This document shows, one piece after another, positions 1 through 15,000 of a DNA stretch of 64,000 bases. Within the stretch, counting starts at the first letter, position 1, and the number at the start of each line of letters is the position of its first letter. The translations under genes were made by a program, and so were the position numbers. Below the pieces are notes generated by a model. That model was not told the origin of the DNA and ran no database searches. It saw nothing but the letters and a program-made list of their open reading frames with translations. Source of the stretch: Eledone cirrhosa (lineage: Eukaryota); assembly GCA_964016885.1 (NCBI GenBank), contig OZ024744.1, positions 29,760,001 through 29,824,000 of the forward strand, read 5' to 3'.

Positions 1-3000
1 TACCTGTTAGATGAAGAAGACAACAAACCTAGGTACTGTTACCTGTTACACAGAGAAGACTACAAACCTAGGTACTATTACCTGTTACACAGAGTAGACC
101 ACAAACCGAGGTACTGTTACCTGTTAGATAGAGAAGACCACAAACCTAGGTACAGTTACCTGTTAGATAGAGAAGACCACAAACCTAGGTACTGTTACCT
201 GTTATACAGAGAAGACTACAAACCTAGGTACTGTTACCTGTTACACAGAGTAGACCATGAATCTAGGTACTGTTACCTGTTAGACAGACAAGACAACAAA
301 CCTAGGTACTGTTACCTGTTACACAGAGTAGACCACAAACCTAGGTACTGTTACCTGTTACACAGACAAGACCACAAACCTAGGTACTGTTACCTGTTAC
401 ACAGAGAATACCACAAACCTATGTACTGTTACCTGTTACACAGAGAAGACCACAAACCTAGGTACTGTTACCTGTTACACAGAGAAGAGTACAAACCTAG
501 GTACTGTTACCTGTTACAAAGAGAAGACCACAAACCTAGGTACTGTTACCTGTTACACAGAGAAGACCAGAAACTTAGGTGCTGCTACCTGTTACACAGA
601 GTAGACCACAAACCTATGAACTGTTACCTGTTATACAGAGAAGACCACACTCCTAGCTACTGTTACCTGTTATACACAGAAGAACACAAATCTAAGAAGT
701 GTTACCTGTTAGATAGAGAAGAGCGCAAACCTAGGTACTGTTACCTGTTACACAGACAAGACCACAAACATAGGTACTGCTACCTGTTACACAGAAAATA
801 CCACAAACCTAGGTACTGTTACCTGTTACACAGAGAATACCACAAGCCAAGGTACTGTTACCTGTTACACAGAGAATACCACAAACCTAGGTACTGCTAC
901 CTGTTACACAGAAAAGATCTCAAACCTAGGTACTGCTAACTGTTACACAGAGAAGACCACAAACCTAGGTACTGTTACCTGTTGGATAGAGAAGACCACA
1001 AACCTAGGTACTGTTACCTTTTATACTGAGAAGACCACAAACCAAGGTACTGCTACCTGTTACACAGAGAAGACCACAAACCTACGTACTGTTACCTGTT
1101 GGATAGAGAAGACCACAAACCTAGGTACTGTTACCTGTTACACAGAAAAGACCACAAACCTAGGTACTGTTACCTGTTACACAGAAAAGACCACAAACCT
1201 AGGTACTGTTACCTGTTACACAGAAAAGACCACAAACCTAGGTACTGTTACCTGTTACACAGAAAAGACCACAAACCTAGGTACTGTTACCTGTTACACA
1301 GAAAAGACCACAAACCTAGGTACTGTTACCTGTTACACAGAAAAGACCACAAACCTAGGTACTGTTACCTGTTACACAGAAAAGACCACAAACCTAGGTA
1401 CTGTTACCTGTTACACAGAGAAGACCACAAACATAGGTACTGCTACCTGTTACACAGAGAAGACTACAAACATAGGTACTGTTACCTGTTACACAGAGAA
1501 GTCTACAAACCTAGGTACTGTTACCTGTTACACAGCGAAGGCCACAAACCTAGGTAGTGTTACCTGTTACACAGAGAAGAGCACAAACCTAGGTACTGTT
1601 ACCTGTTACAGAGTCTAGACCACAAACCTAGGTACTGCTACCTGTTAGAGAGAGAACACCACAAACCTAGCTACTGCTACCTGTTAGATAGAGAAGACCA
1701 CAAACCTAGGTACTGTTACCTGTTACACAGAGAAGACCACTAACCTAGGTACTGTTACCTGTTACACAGACAAGACCACATACCTAAGTACTGCTACCTG
1801 TAAGATAGAAAAGACTACAAACCTAGTTACTGTTACCTTATAGATAGAGAAGACCACAAACCTAGGTACCGTTACCTGTTAGATAGAGAAGTCCACAAAC
1901 CTAGGTACTGTTACCTGTTACACAGAGAAGACCACAATCCTAGGTACTGTTACCTGTTAGATGAAGGAGACCACAAACCTAAGTACTGTTAACTGTTACA
2001 CAGAGATGACCACAAACCTAGATACTGTTACCTGTTACACAGAGAAGACCACAAATCTAGGTACTGCTACCTGTTAGATAGAAAAGACCACAAAACTAGG
2101 TACTGTTACCTGTTACACAGAGAAGACCACAAACCGAGGTACTGTTACCTGTTAGATAGAGCAGATTACAAACCTAGGTACTGTTACCTCTTACACAGAG
2201 AAGACCACAAACCTAGGTACTGTTACCTTTTACACAGAGAAGACCACAAACCTAGGTACTGTTACCTGTTATACACAGAAGAACACTAATCTAAAAACTG
2301 TTACCTGTTAGATAGAGAAGACCACAAACCAGGTACTGTTACCTGTTAGATAGAGAAGACCACAAACCGAATTACTGTTACCTGTTACACCGAGAAGAAC
2401 ACAAACCTAGGTACTGTTACCTGTTAGATAAAGACCGCAAACCTAGGTACTGTTACATGTTAGATAGAGTAGACCACAAACCTAGGTACTGTTACCTGTT
2501 ACACAGAGAAGACCACAAACCTAGGTACTGTTACCTGTTAGATGAAGAAGACCACAAACCTAGGTACTGTTACCTGTTATACACAGATGAACACAAATTT
2601 TAAATCTGTTACCTGTTAGATTGAAAAGACCACAAACCGAGGTACTGTTACCTGTTAGATAGAGAAGACCACAAACCTAGGTACTGTTACCTGTTATACA
2701 CAGATGAACACAAATTTTAAATCTGTTACCTGTTAGATAGAAAAGACCACAAACCGAGGTACTGTTACCTGTTAGATAGAGAAGACCACAAACCTAGGTA
2801 CTGTTACCTGTTACACAGAGAAGACCACAAACCTAGGTACTGTTACCTGTTACACAGAGAAGACCACAACCCTAGGTACTGCTACCTGTTAGACAGAGAA
2901 GACCACAAACCTAGGTACTGTTACCTGTTACACAGAGCAGACCACAAACCTAGGTACTGTTACCTGTTAGATAGAGAAGACCACAAACCTAGGTACTGTT

Positions 3001-6000
3001 ACCTGTTACACACACAAGACCACATACCTAAGTACTGCTACCTGTTACACAGAGAGGACTACAAGCCTAGGTACTGTTACCTGTTACACAGAGAAGACCA
3101 CAAACCTAGGTACTGTTACCTGTTACTCAGAGAAGCCCACAAACTTAGGTACTGTTACCTGTTACACAGAGAAGACTACAAACCTAGTTACTGTTACCTG
3201 TTGGATAGAGAAGACCACAAACCTAGGTACTGTTACCTGTTACACAGAGAAGACCACAAACCTAGGTACTGTTACCTGTTAGATAGAGAAGACCACAAAC
3301 CTAGGTACTGTTACCTGTTAGACGAAGAAGACCACAAACCTAGGTACTGTTACCTGTTACACAGAGAAGACCACAAATCTAGGTACTGTTATCTGTTACA
3401 CAGACAAGACCACAAACCTAGGTACTGTTACCTGTTACACAGAGAAGACCACAAACCTAGGCACTGTTACCTGTTACACAGAGAAGACCACAAACCTAGG
3501 TACTGTTACCTGTTAGATAGAGAAGACCACAAACCTAGGTACTGCTACCTGTTACTCAGAGAAGACCACAAACCTAGGTACTGTTACCTGTTACACAGAA
3601 AAGACCCCAAACCTAGGTACTGATACCTGTTACACAGAGAAGATTACAAACCTAGGTACTGTTACCTGTTACACAGAGAAGTCTACAAACCTAGGTACTG
3701 TTACCAGTTACACAGAAAAGACCACAAACCTATGTACTGCTACCTGTTAGACAGAGAAGACCACAAACCTAGGTACTGTTACCTGTTAGATGAGATCACA
3801 AACCTAGGTACAGTTACATGTTAGACAGAGAAGTCCACGAACCTAGGTACTGTTACCTGTTAGATGGAGATACCACACCCATAGCTATTTTTACCTGTTA
3901 GATAGAGAAGACTACAAACATTGCTACTGTTACCTGTTACACACGGAAGACCACAAGCCGAGGTAGTGTTACCTGTTACACAGAGAAGACCACAAACCTA
4001 GGTACTGTTACCTGTTACACAGAGCAGACACAAACCTAGGTACTGTTACCTGTTACTCAGAGAAGCCCACAAACTTAGGTACTGTTACCTGTTACACAGA
4101 AAAGACCACAAACCTAGGTACTGTTACCTGTTAAATAGAGAAGACTACAAACCTAGGTTCTATTACCTGTTAGATAGAGAAGACTACAAACATAGGTACT
4201 GTTACCTGTTAGATAGAGAAGACCTCAAGCCTAGGTACTGTTACCTGTTACACAGAGAAGACCAGAAACCTAGGGAGGGTTACCTGTTAGACAGAGAAGA
4301 CCACAAATCTAGGTACTGTTACCTGTTACACAGAGAAGACTACAAAACTAGTTACTGTTACGTGTTAGATAGAAAGGACCACAAACCTAGGTACTGCTAC
4401 TTGTTACACGGGGAAGACTTCAATCATAGGTACTGTTACCTGTTACACAGAGAAGACCACAAACCTAGGTACTGTTAGCTGTTAGACAGAGAAGACTACA
4501 AAACAAGGTACTGTTACCTGTTTGATAGAGAAGACTACAAACCTAGGTACTGTTACCTTTTAGATAGAGAAGATCACAAACCTAGGTACTGTTACCTGTT
4601 AGATAGAGAAGACCACAAACCTAAGTACAGTTACCTGTCAGATAGAGAAGACCACAAACATAGGTACTGTTACCTGTGAAACAGAGAAGATCACAAACCT
4701 AGATACTGTTACCTGTTAGATAGAGAAGACCACAAACCTAGCTACTGTTACCTGTTAGATAGAGAAGACCACAAACCTAGGTACTGTTACCTGTTACACA
4801 GAGAAGACCACAACCCTAGTTACTGTTACTTGTTACACAATGAAGATCACAAACCTAGGTACTGCTACCTGTTAGATAGAGAAGACCACAAACATCGTTA
4901 CTGTTACCTCTTACACAGAGAAGACCACAAACCTAGGTAATGTTACCTGTTTCACAGAGAAGATTACAAACCTAGGTAATGTTACCTGTTTCACAGAGAA
5001 GATTACAAACCCAGATTACAAACCTGTTAGATAGGGAAGACTACATACCTAGGTACTGTTACCTGTTACACAGAAAATACCACAAACCTAGGTACTGTTA
5101 CCTGTTACACAGAGAAGACCACAAACCTAGATACAGTTACCTGTTACACAGAGTAGACCACAAACATCGCTACTGACACCTGTTATACAGAGTAGACCAC
5201 AAACATCGATACTGTTACCTGTTACACAGAGAAAACTACAAACCTAGGTACTCTTACATGTTAGATAGAGAAGACTACAAACCTAGGTACTGTTACCTGT
5301 TAGATAGAGAAGACTACAAACCTAGGTATTGTTACCTGTTAGATAGAGAAGACTACAAACCTAGGTACTGTTACCTGTTACACAGAGAAGACCAAAAACC
5401 TAGGTACTGTTACCTGTTACACAGAGAAGACCACAAAACCAGGTACTGTTACCTGTTACACACAGTAGACCAAAAACCTAGGTACTGTTACCTGTTACAC
5501 AGAGAAGACCACAAATCTAGGTACTGCTACCTGTTATAGAGAGAAGACAACAAACCTAGGAAATGTTAGCTGTTACACAGAGAGGACCAAAAACCTAGGT
5601 ACTGTCACCTGTTACACAAAGAAGACCAAAAACCTAAGTACTGTTACCTGTTACATAGAGGAGACCAAAAACCTAGGCACTGTTACCTGTTACACAGAGA
5701 AGACCACAAACCTAGGTACTGCTACCTGTTATAAATGGAAGACCACAGAAATAGGAAATGTTACCTGTTACACAGAGAAGACCAAAAACCTAGGTTCTGT
5801 TACCTGTTACACAGAGAAGACCACAACCTAGGTACTGTTACCTGTTACACAGAGAAGATCGCAAACCTAGGTACTGCTACATGTTACACAGAGAAGTCCA
5901 CAAACCTAGGTACTGTTACCTGTGAGACAGAGAAGATCACAAACCTAGATACTGTTACCTGTTAGATAGAGAAGACCACAAACCTAGCTACTGTTACCTG

Positions 6001-9000
6001 TTACACAGAGAAGACCACAACCCCAGGTACTGTTACTTGTTACACTGAGAAGATCACAAACCTAGATACTGTTACCTGTCAAACAGAGAAGATCACAAAC
6101 CTAGGTACTGCTACCTGTTAGATAGAGAAGACCACAAACATCGTTACTGTTACCTGTTACACAGAGAAGACCACAAACCTAGGTACTGTTACCTGTTAGA
6201 TAGAGAAGACAGCAAACATCGGTACTGTTACCTGTTAGATAGAGGAGACTACATACCTAGGTACTGTTAACTGTTACACAGAGTAGACCACAAACTTAGG
6301 TACTGTTACCTGTTACACAGTAAATACCACAAACCTAGATACTGTTACCTGTTTCACAGAGAATATCACAAACCTAGGTACTGTTTCCTGTTACACAGAG
6401 AAGACCACAAACCTAGATACAATTACCTGTTACACAGAGTAGACCACAAACATCGCTACTGACACCTGTTATACAGAGAATACCACAAACCTATGTACTC
6501 TTACATGTTAGATAGAGAAGACCACATACCTAGGTACTGTTACCTGTTAGATAGAGAAGACTACAAACCTAGGTACTGTTACCTGTTACACAGAGAAGAC
6601 CACAAACCTAGGTACTGTTACCTGTTACACAGAGAAGACAACAAACCTCGGTACTGTTACCTGTTACACAGAGAAGACCACAAACCTAGGTACTGTTACC
6701 TGTTAGATAGAGAAGATCACATACCTAGGTACTGCTAGCTGTTACACAGAGAAGACCACAAACCTAGGTACTGTTACCTGTTAGATAGAGAAGACCACAA
6801 TTTTAGGTACTGTTTCCTGTTACACATAGAAGACCACAAACCTAGTTACTGCTACCTGTTACACAGAGAAGACCACAAACATATGTACTGTTACCAGTTA
6901 CACAGAGATGACCACAAACCTAGGTACTGTTACCTGTTACACAGAGAAGACCACAAACCTAGGTACTGTTACCTGTTAGATAGAGAAGACCACAAACCTA
7001 GGTACTGTTACCTGTTACACAGAGAAGACGACAAACCTAGAGACATTTACCTGTTACAAAGAGTAGACCACAAACGTAGGTACTGTTACCTGTTACACAG
7101 TGAAGATGACAAACCGAGGTACTGTTACCTGTTACACAGAGAAGATCGCAAACCTAGGTACTGCTACCTGTTACACAGAGAAGATCGCAAACCTAGGTAC
7201 TGTTACCTGTTACAGAGAGAATACCACAAACATAGGAACTGTTACCTGTTATACAGAGTAGACCACAAACATCGCTACTGTTACCTGTTACACACAGAAA
7301 ACCACAAACCTAGGCACTGTTACATGTTAGATAGAGAAGACTACAAACCTAGGTACTGTTACCTGTTACACAGAGAAGACCACAAACCTAGGTACTGTTA
7401 CCTGTTTCACAGAAAAGACCACAAACCTAGGTACTGTTACCTGTTAGATAGTGAAGACCACAAACCTAGGTACTGTTACCTGTTACACAGTGAAGACAAC
7501 AACCCTAGGTACTGCTACCTGTTACACAGAGAAGTCCACGTACGTAGGTACTGTTACCTGTTACACAGAGAAGATCACAAAACTAGATTCTGTTACCTGT
7601 TACACAGAGAATACCACAAACCTAGGTACTGTTACCTGTTTCACAGAGAAGATCACAAACCTAGCTACTGTTTCCTGTTACACAGAGAAGACCACAAACC
7701 TAGGTACTGTTACCTGTTTCACAGAGAAGATCACAAACGTAGGTACTGCTACCTGTTATACAGAGAAGACCACAAACCTACGTACTGTTATCTGTTCGAT
7801 AGAGAAGACTACACACATCGCTACTATTACCTGTTACACAGAGAAGACCATACACCTAGGTACTGTTACCTGTTACTCAGAGAAGACCACAAACCTATGT
7901 AATGTTACCTGTTACACAGAGAAGATCACAAACCAAGGTACTGTTACCTTTTACACAGAGAAGACCACAAACCTAGGTACTATTACCTGTTACACAGAAA
8001 AGACCACAAACCTAGGTACTGCTACCTGTTAGATAGAGAAGACTACAAACCTAGGTACTGCTACCTGTTACACAGAGAAGACCACAAACCTAGGTACTGT
8101 TACCTGTTACACAGAGAAGACCGCAAACCTAGGTACTGTTACGTGTTACACAGAGAAGACCATAACCGTAGGTACTGTTACCTGTTACACAGAGAAGGTC
8201 ACAAATCTAGGTACTGTTACCTGTTACACAGAGAAGACCACAAACCTAGGTACTGTTACCTGTTACACAGAGAAGACCACAAACCTAGGTACTGTTACCT
8301 GTTAGATAGAGAAGACCACAAACCTAGGTACTGTTACCTGTTACACAGAGAAGACGACAAACCTAGAGACATTTACCTGTTACAAAGAGTAGACCACAAA
8401 CGTAGGTACTGTTACCTGTTACACAGTGAAGATGACAAACCGAGGTACTGTTACCTGTTACACAGAGAAGATCGCAAACCTAGGTACTGCTACCTGTTAC
8501 ACAGAGAAGATCGCAAACCTAGGTACTGTTACCTGTTACAGAGAGAATACCACAAACATAGGAACTGTTACCTGTTATACAGAGTAGACCACAAACATCG
8601 CTACTGTTACCTGTTACACACAGAAAACCACAAACCTAGGCACTGTTACATGTTAGATAGAGAAGACTACAAACCTAGGTACTGTTACCTGTTACACAGA
8701 GAAGACCACAAACCTAGGTACTGTTACCTGTTTCACAGAAAAGACCACAAACCTAGGTACTGTTACCTGTTAGATAGTGAAGACCACAAACCTAGGTACT
8801 GTTACCTGTTACACAGTGAAGACAACAACCCTAGGTACTGCTACCTGTTACACAGAGAAGTCCACGTACGTAGGTACTGTTACCTGTTACACAGAGAAGA
8901 TCACAAAACTAGATTCTGTTACCTGTTACACAGAGAATACCACAAACCTAGGTACTGTTACCTGTTTCACAGAGAAGATCACAAACCTAGCTACTGTTTC

Positions 9001-12000
9001 CTGTTACACAGAGAAGACCACAAACCTAGGTACTGTTACCTGTTTCACAGAGAAGATCACAAACGTAGGTACTGCTACCTGTTATACAGAGAAGACCACA
9101 AACCTACGTACTGTTATCTGTTCGATAGAGAAGACTACACACATCGCTACTATTACCTGTTACACAGAGAAGACCATACACCTAGGTACTGTTACCTGTT
9201 ACTCAGAGAAGACCACAAACCTATGTAATGTTACCTGTTACACAGAGAAGATCACAAACCAAGGTACTGTTACCTTTTACACAGAGAAGACCACAAACCT
9301 AGGTACTATTACCTGTTACACAGAAAAGACCACAAACCTAGGTACTGCTACCTGTTAGATAGAGAAGACTACAAACCTAGGTACTGCTACCTGTTACACA
9401 GAGAAGACCACAAACCTAGGTACTGTTACCTGTTACACAGAGAAGACCGCAAACCTAGGTACTGTTACGTGTTACACAGAGAAGACCATAACCGTAGGTA
9501 CTGTTACCTGTTACACAGAGAAGGTCACAAATCTAGGTACTGTTACCTGTTACACAGAGAAGACCACAAACCTAGGTACTGTTACCTGTTAGATAGATAA
9601 GACTACAAACCTAGGTAATGTTACCTGTTAGATATAGAACACCACAAACCTAGGTACTGTTACCTGTTAGATAGAGAATACCACAAACCTACGCACTGTT
9701 ACCTGTTAGATAGAGAAGGCCGCATACCTAGGTACTGCTACCTGTTAGATAGAAAAGACCACAAACGTAGGTAATGCTACCTGTTACACAGATAAGATCA
9801 CAAACGTAGGTACTGTTACCTGTTACACAGAGAAGACTACAAATCTAGGTACTGTTACCTGTTTCACAGAGAAGACCACAAACCTAGGTACTGTTACCTG
9901 TTACACAGAGAAGACCACAAACCTAGGTACTGTTACCTGTTAGATAGAGAAGACTACAAATCTAGGTACTGTTACCTGTTAGATAGAGAAGACTACAAAC
10001 CTAGGTACCGTTACCTGTTACACAGAGAAGACCACAAACCTAGGTACTGTTACCTGTTAGATAGAGAAGACTACAAACCTAGGTACTGTTACCTGTTACA
10101 CAGAGAAGACCACTAACCTAGGTACTGTTACCTGTTACACAGAGAAGACCACAAACCTAGGTACTGTTACCTGTTAGATTGAGATGACTACAAACCTAGG
10201 TACTGTTACCTGTTACACAGAGAAGACCACATACCTAGGTACTGTTACCTGTTAGATAGAGAAGACCACAAACCTAGGTACTGTTACCTGTTACACAGAG
10301 AAGACCACAAACCTAGGTACTGTTACCTGTTAGATAGAGAAGACTACAAACCTAGGTACTGTTACCTGTTAGATAGAGAAGACTACAAACCTAGCTACAG
10401 TCACCTGTTACACAGAGAAGACCACAAACCTAGGTACTGTTACCTGTTAGATAGAGAAGACTACAAACCTAGGTACTGTTACCTGTTACACAGAGAAGAC
10501 CACAAACCTAGGTACTGTTACCTGTTAGATAGAGAAGACTACAAACCTAGGTACTGTTACCTGTTAGATAGAGAAGACCACAAACCTAGGTACTGTTACC
10601 TGTTACACAGAGAAGACCACAAACCTAGGTACTGTTACCTGTTAGATAGAGAAGACAACAAACCTAGGTACTGTTACCTGTTACACAGAGAAGTCCACAA
10701 ACCTAGGTACTGTTACCTGTTAGATAGAGAAGACTACAAACCTAGGTACTGTTACCTGTTAGATAGAGAAGACCACAAACCTATGTACTGTTACCTGTTA
10801 CACAGAGAAGCCCACAAACCTAGGTACTGTTACCTGTTACACAGAGAAGACCGCAAACCTAGGTACTGTTACCTGTTAGATAGAGAAGACTACAAACCTA
10901 GGTACTGTTACCTGTTACACAGAGAAGACCACAAACCTAGGTACTGTTACCTGTTACACAGAGAAGACCACAAACCTAGGTACTTTTACCTGTTACACAG
11001 AGAGGACCACAAACCTAGGTACTGTTACTTGTTAGATAGAGAAGACCACAAACCTAGGTACTGTTACCTGTTAGATAGAGAAGACTACAAACCTAGGTAC
11101 TGTTACCTGTTACACAGAGAAGACCACAAACCTAGGTACTGTTACCTGTTACACAGAGAAGACCACAAACCTAGGTACTGTTACCTGTTACACAGAGAGG
11201 ACCACAAACCTAGGTACTGTTACCTGTTAGATAGAGAAGACCACAAATCTAGGTACTGTTACCTGTTACACAGAGAAGACCACAAACCTAGGTACTGTTA
11301 CCTGTTAGATAGAGAAGACTACAAACCTAGGTACTGTTACCTGTTACACAGAGAAGACCACAAACCTAGGTACTGTTACCTGTTACACAGAGAAGACCAC
11401 ATACCTAGGTACTGTTACCTGTTAGATAGAGAAGACTACAAACCTAGGTACTGTTACCTGTTACACAGAGAAGACCACAAACCTAGATACTGTTACCTGT
11501 TACACAAAGAAGACCACAAACCTAGGTACTGTTACCTGTTAGATAGAGAAGACCACAAACCTAGGTACTGTTACCTGTTACACAGAGAAGACCACAAACC
11601 TAGGTACTGTTACCTGTTAGATAGAGAAGACTACAAACCTAGGTACTGTTACCTGTTACACAGAGAAGACCACAAACCTAGGTACTGTTACCTGTTAGAT
11701 AGAGAAGACCACAAACCTAGGTACTGTTACCTGTTACACAGAGAAGACCACAAACCTAGGTACTGTTACCTGTTAGATAGAGAAGACTACAAACCTAGGT
11801 ACTGTTACCTGTTACACAGAGAAGACCACAAACCTAGGTACTGTTACCTGTTAGATAGAGAAGACCACAAACCTAGGTACTGTTACGTGTTACACAGAGA
11901 AGACCACAAACCTAGGTACTGTTACCTGTTAGATAGAGAAGACTACAAACCTAGGTACTGTTACCTGTTACACAGAGAAGACCACAAACCTAGGTACTGT

Positions 12001-15000
12001 TACCTGTTACACAGAGAAGACCACATACCTAGGTACTGTTACCTGTTAGATAGAGAGGACCACGAACCTAGGTACTGTTACCTGTTAGATAGAGAAGACC
12101 ACAAACCTAGGTACTGTTACCTGTTAGATAGAGAAGACCACATACCTAGGTACTGTTACCTGTTAGATAGAGAAGACCACAAACCTAGGTACTGTTACCT
12201 GTTAGACAGAGAAGACTACAAACCTAGGTACTGTTACCTTTTACACAGAGAAGACCACAAACATAGGAAATGTTACCTGTTACACAGAGAAGACCCAAAT
12301 TCAAGGTACTGTTACCTGTTACACAGAGAAGACCACAAACCTAGGTACTGCTACCTGTTAGATAGAGAAGACCACAAACGTAGGTACTGTTACCTGTTAC
12401 ACAGAGAAGACCACAAACCTAGGTTCTGTTACCTGTTAGATAGAGAAGACCACAAACCTAGTTACTGCTACCTGTTAGATAGAGAAGACCACAAACCTAG
12501 GTACTGTTACCTGTTACACAGAGAAGACCACAAACTTCGCTACTGTTTCCTGTTACACAGAGAAGACCACAAACCTAGGTACTGTTACCTGTTATACAGA
12601 GAAGACCACAAACCTAGTTACTGCTACCTGTTACACAGAGAAGACCACAAACCTAGGTACAGTTACCTGTTAATAGAGAAGACCACAAACCTAGGTACTG
12701 TTACCTGTTAGATAGAGAGGACCACAAACCTAGGTACAGTTACCTGTTAGATAGAGAAGACTACAAACATCGCTACTGTTACCTGTTACACAGAAAAGAC
12801 CACAAACCTAGGTACTGTTCCATGTTAAATAGAGAAGACTACAAACCTAGGTACTGTTACCTGTTAGATAGACAAGACTAAAAACCTAGGTACTGTTACC
12901 TGTTACACAGAGAAGACCACAAACCTAGGTACTGTTACCTGTTACACAGAAAAACCACAAACCTAGGTACTATTACCTGTTAGATATAGAAGACTACAGA
13001 GCTAGGTACTGTTACCTGTTACACAGAGAAGACCACAAACCTAGGTACTGTTACCTGTTAAATAGAGACAACCACAAACCTAGGTACTGTTACCAGTTAG
13101 ACAGACAAGACCACAAACCTTGGTACTGTTACCTGTTACACAGAGAAGACCACAAACCTAGGTACTGTTACCTGTTACACAGAGTAGACCACAAACCTAT
13201 ATACTGTTACCTGCTACACAGAGAAGACCACAAACCTAGGTACTGTTACCTGTTACACAGAGAAGACCACAAACCTAGGTACTGTTACCTGTTACACAGA
13301 GAAGACCACAAACCTAGGTACTGTTACCTGTTGCACAGAGAAGACCACAAACTTAGGTACTGTTACCTTTTACATAGAGAAGACCACAAACCTAGTTACT
13401 GTTACCTGTTACACAGAGAAGACCACATACCTAGGTACTGTTACCTGTTGCACAGAAAAGACCACAAATCTAGGTACGGTTACCTGTTACACAGAGAAGA
13501 CCACAAACCTAGGTACTGTTACCTGTTAGACAGAGAAGACCACAAACATAGGAACTGCTACCTATTACACAGAGAATACCACAAACCTAGGTACTGTTAC
13601 CTGTTACACAGAGAAGACCACAAAACTAGGTACTGACACCTGTTACACAGAGAAGATCACAAACCTAGGTACTGTTACCTGTTACACAGAGAAGACCACA
13701 AACCTAGTTACTGCTACCTGTTACACAGAGAAGACCACAAACCTAGGTACAGTTACCTGTTAATAGAGAAGACCTCAAACCTAGGTACTGTTACCTGTTA
13801 GATAGAGAGGACCACAAACCTAGGTACAGTTACCTGTTAGATAGAGAAGACTACAAACATCGCTACTGTTACCTGTTACACAGAAAAGACCACAAACCTA
13901 GGTACTGTTCCATGTTAAATAGAGAAGACTACAAACCTAGGTACTGTTACCTGTTAGATAGACAAGACTAAAAACCTAGGTACTGTTACCTGTTACACAG
14001 AGAAGACCACAAACCTAGGTACTGTTACCTGTTACACAGAGAAGACCACAAACCTAGGTACTGTTACCTGTTGCACAGAGAAGACCACAAACTTAGGTAC
14101 TGTTACCTTTTACATAGAGAAGACCACAAACCTAGTTACTGTTACCTGTTACACAGAGAAGACCACATACCTAGGTACTGTTACCTGTTGCACAGAAAAG
14201 ACCACAAATCTAGGTACTGTTACCTGTTACACAGAGAAGACCACAAACCTAGGTACTGTTACCTGTTAGACAGAGAAGACCACAAACATAGGAACTGCTA
14301 CCTGTTACACAGAGAAGACCACAAACCTAGGTACTGTTACCTGTTACACAGAGAAGACCACAAAACTAGGTACTGTTACCTGTTACACAGAGAAGATCAC
14401 AAACCTAGGTACTGTTACCTGTTACACAGAGAAGACCACAAACCTAGTTACTGCTACCTGTTACACAGAGAAGACCACAAACCTAGGTACAGTTACCTGT
14501 TAATAGAGAAGACCACAAACCTAGGTACTGTTACCTGTTAGATAGAGAGGACCACAAACCTAGGTACAGTTACCTGTTAGATAGAGAAGACTACAAACAT
14601 CGCTACTGTTACCTGTTACACAGAAAAGACCACAAACCTAGGTACTGTTCCATGTTAAATAGAGAAGACTACAAACCTAGGTACTGTTACCTGTTAGATA
14701 GACAAGACTAAAAACCTATGTACTGTTACCTGTTACACAGAGAAGACCACAAACCTAGGTACTGTTACCTGTTACACAGAAAAACCACAAACCTAGGTAC
14801 TGTTACCTGTTAGATAGAGAAGACTACAGAGCTAGGTACTGTTACCTGTTACACAGAGAAGACCACAAACCTAGGTACTGTTACCTGTTAAATAGAGACA
14901 ACCACAAACCTAGGTACTGTTACCAGTTAGACAGACAAGACCACAAACCTTGGTACTGTTACCTGTTACACAGAGAAGACCACAAACCTAGGTACTGTTA

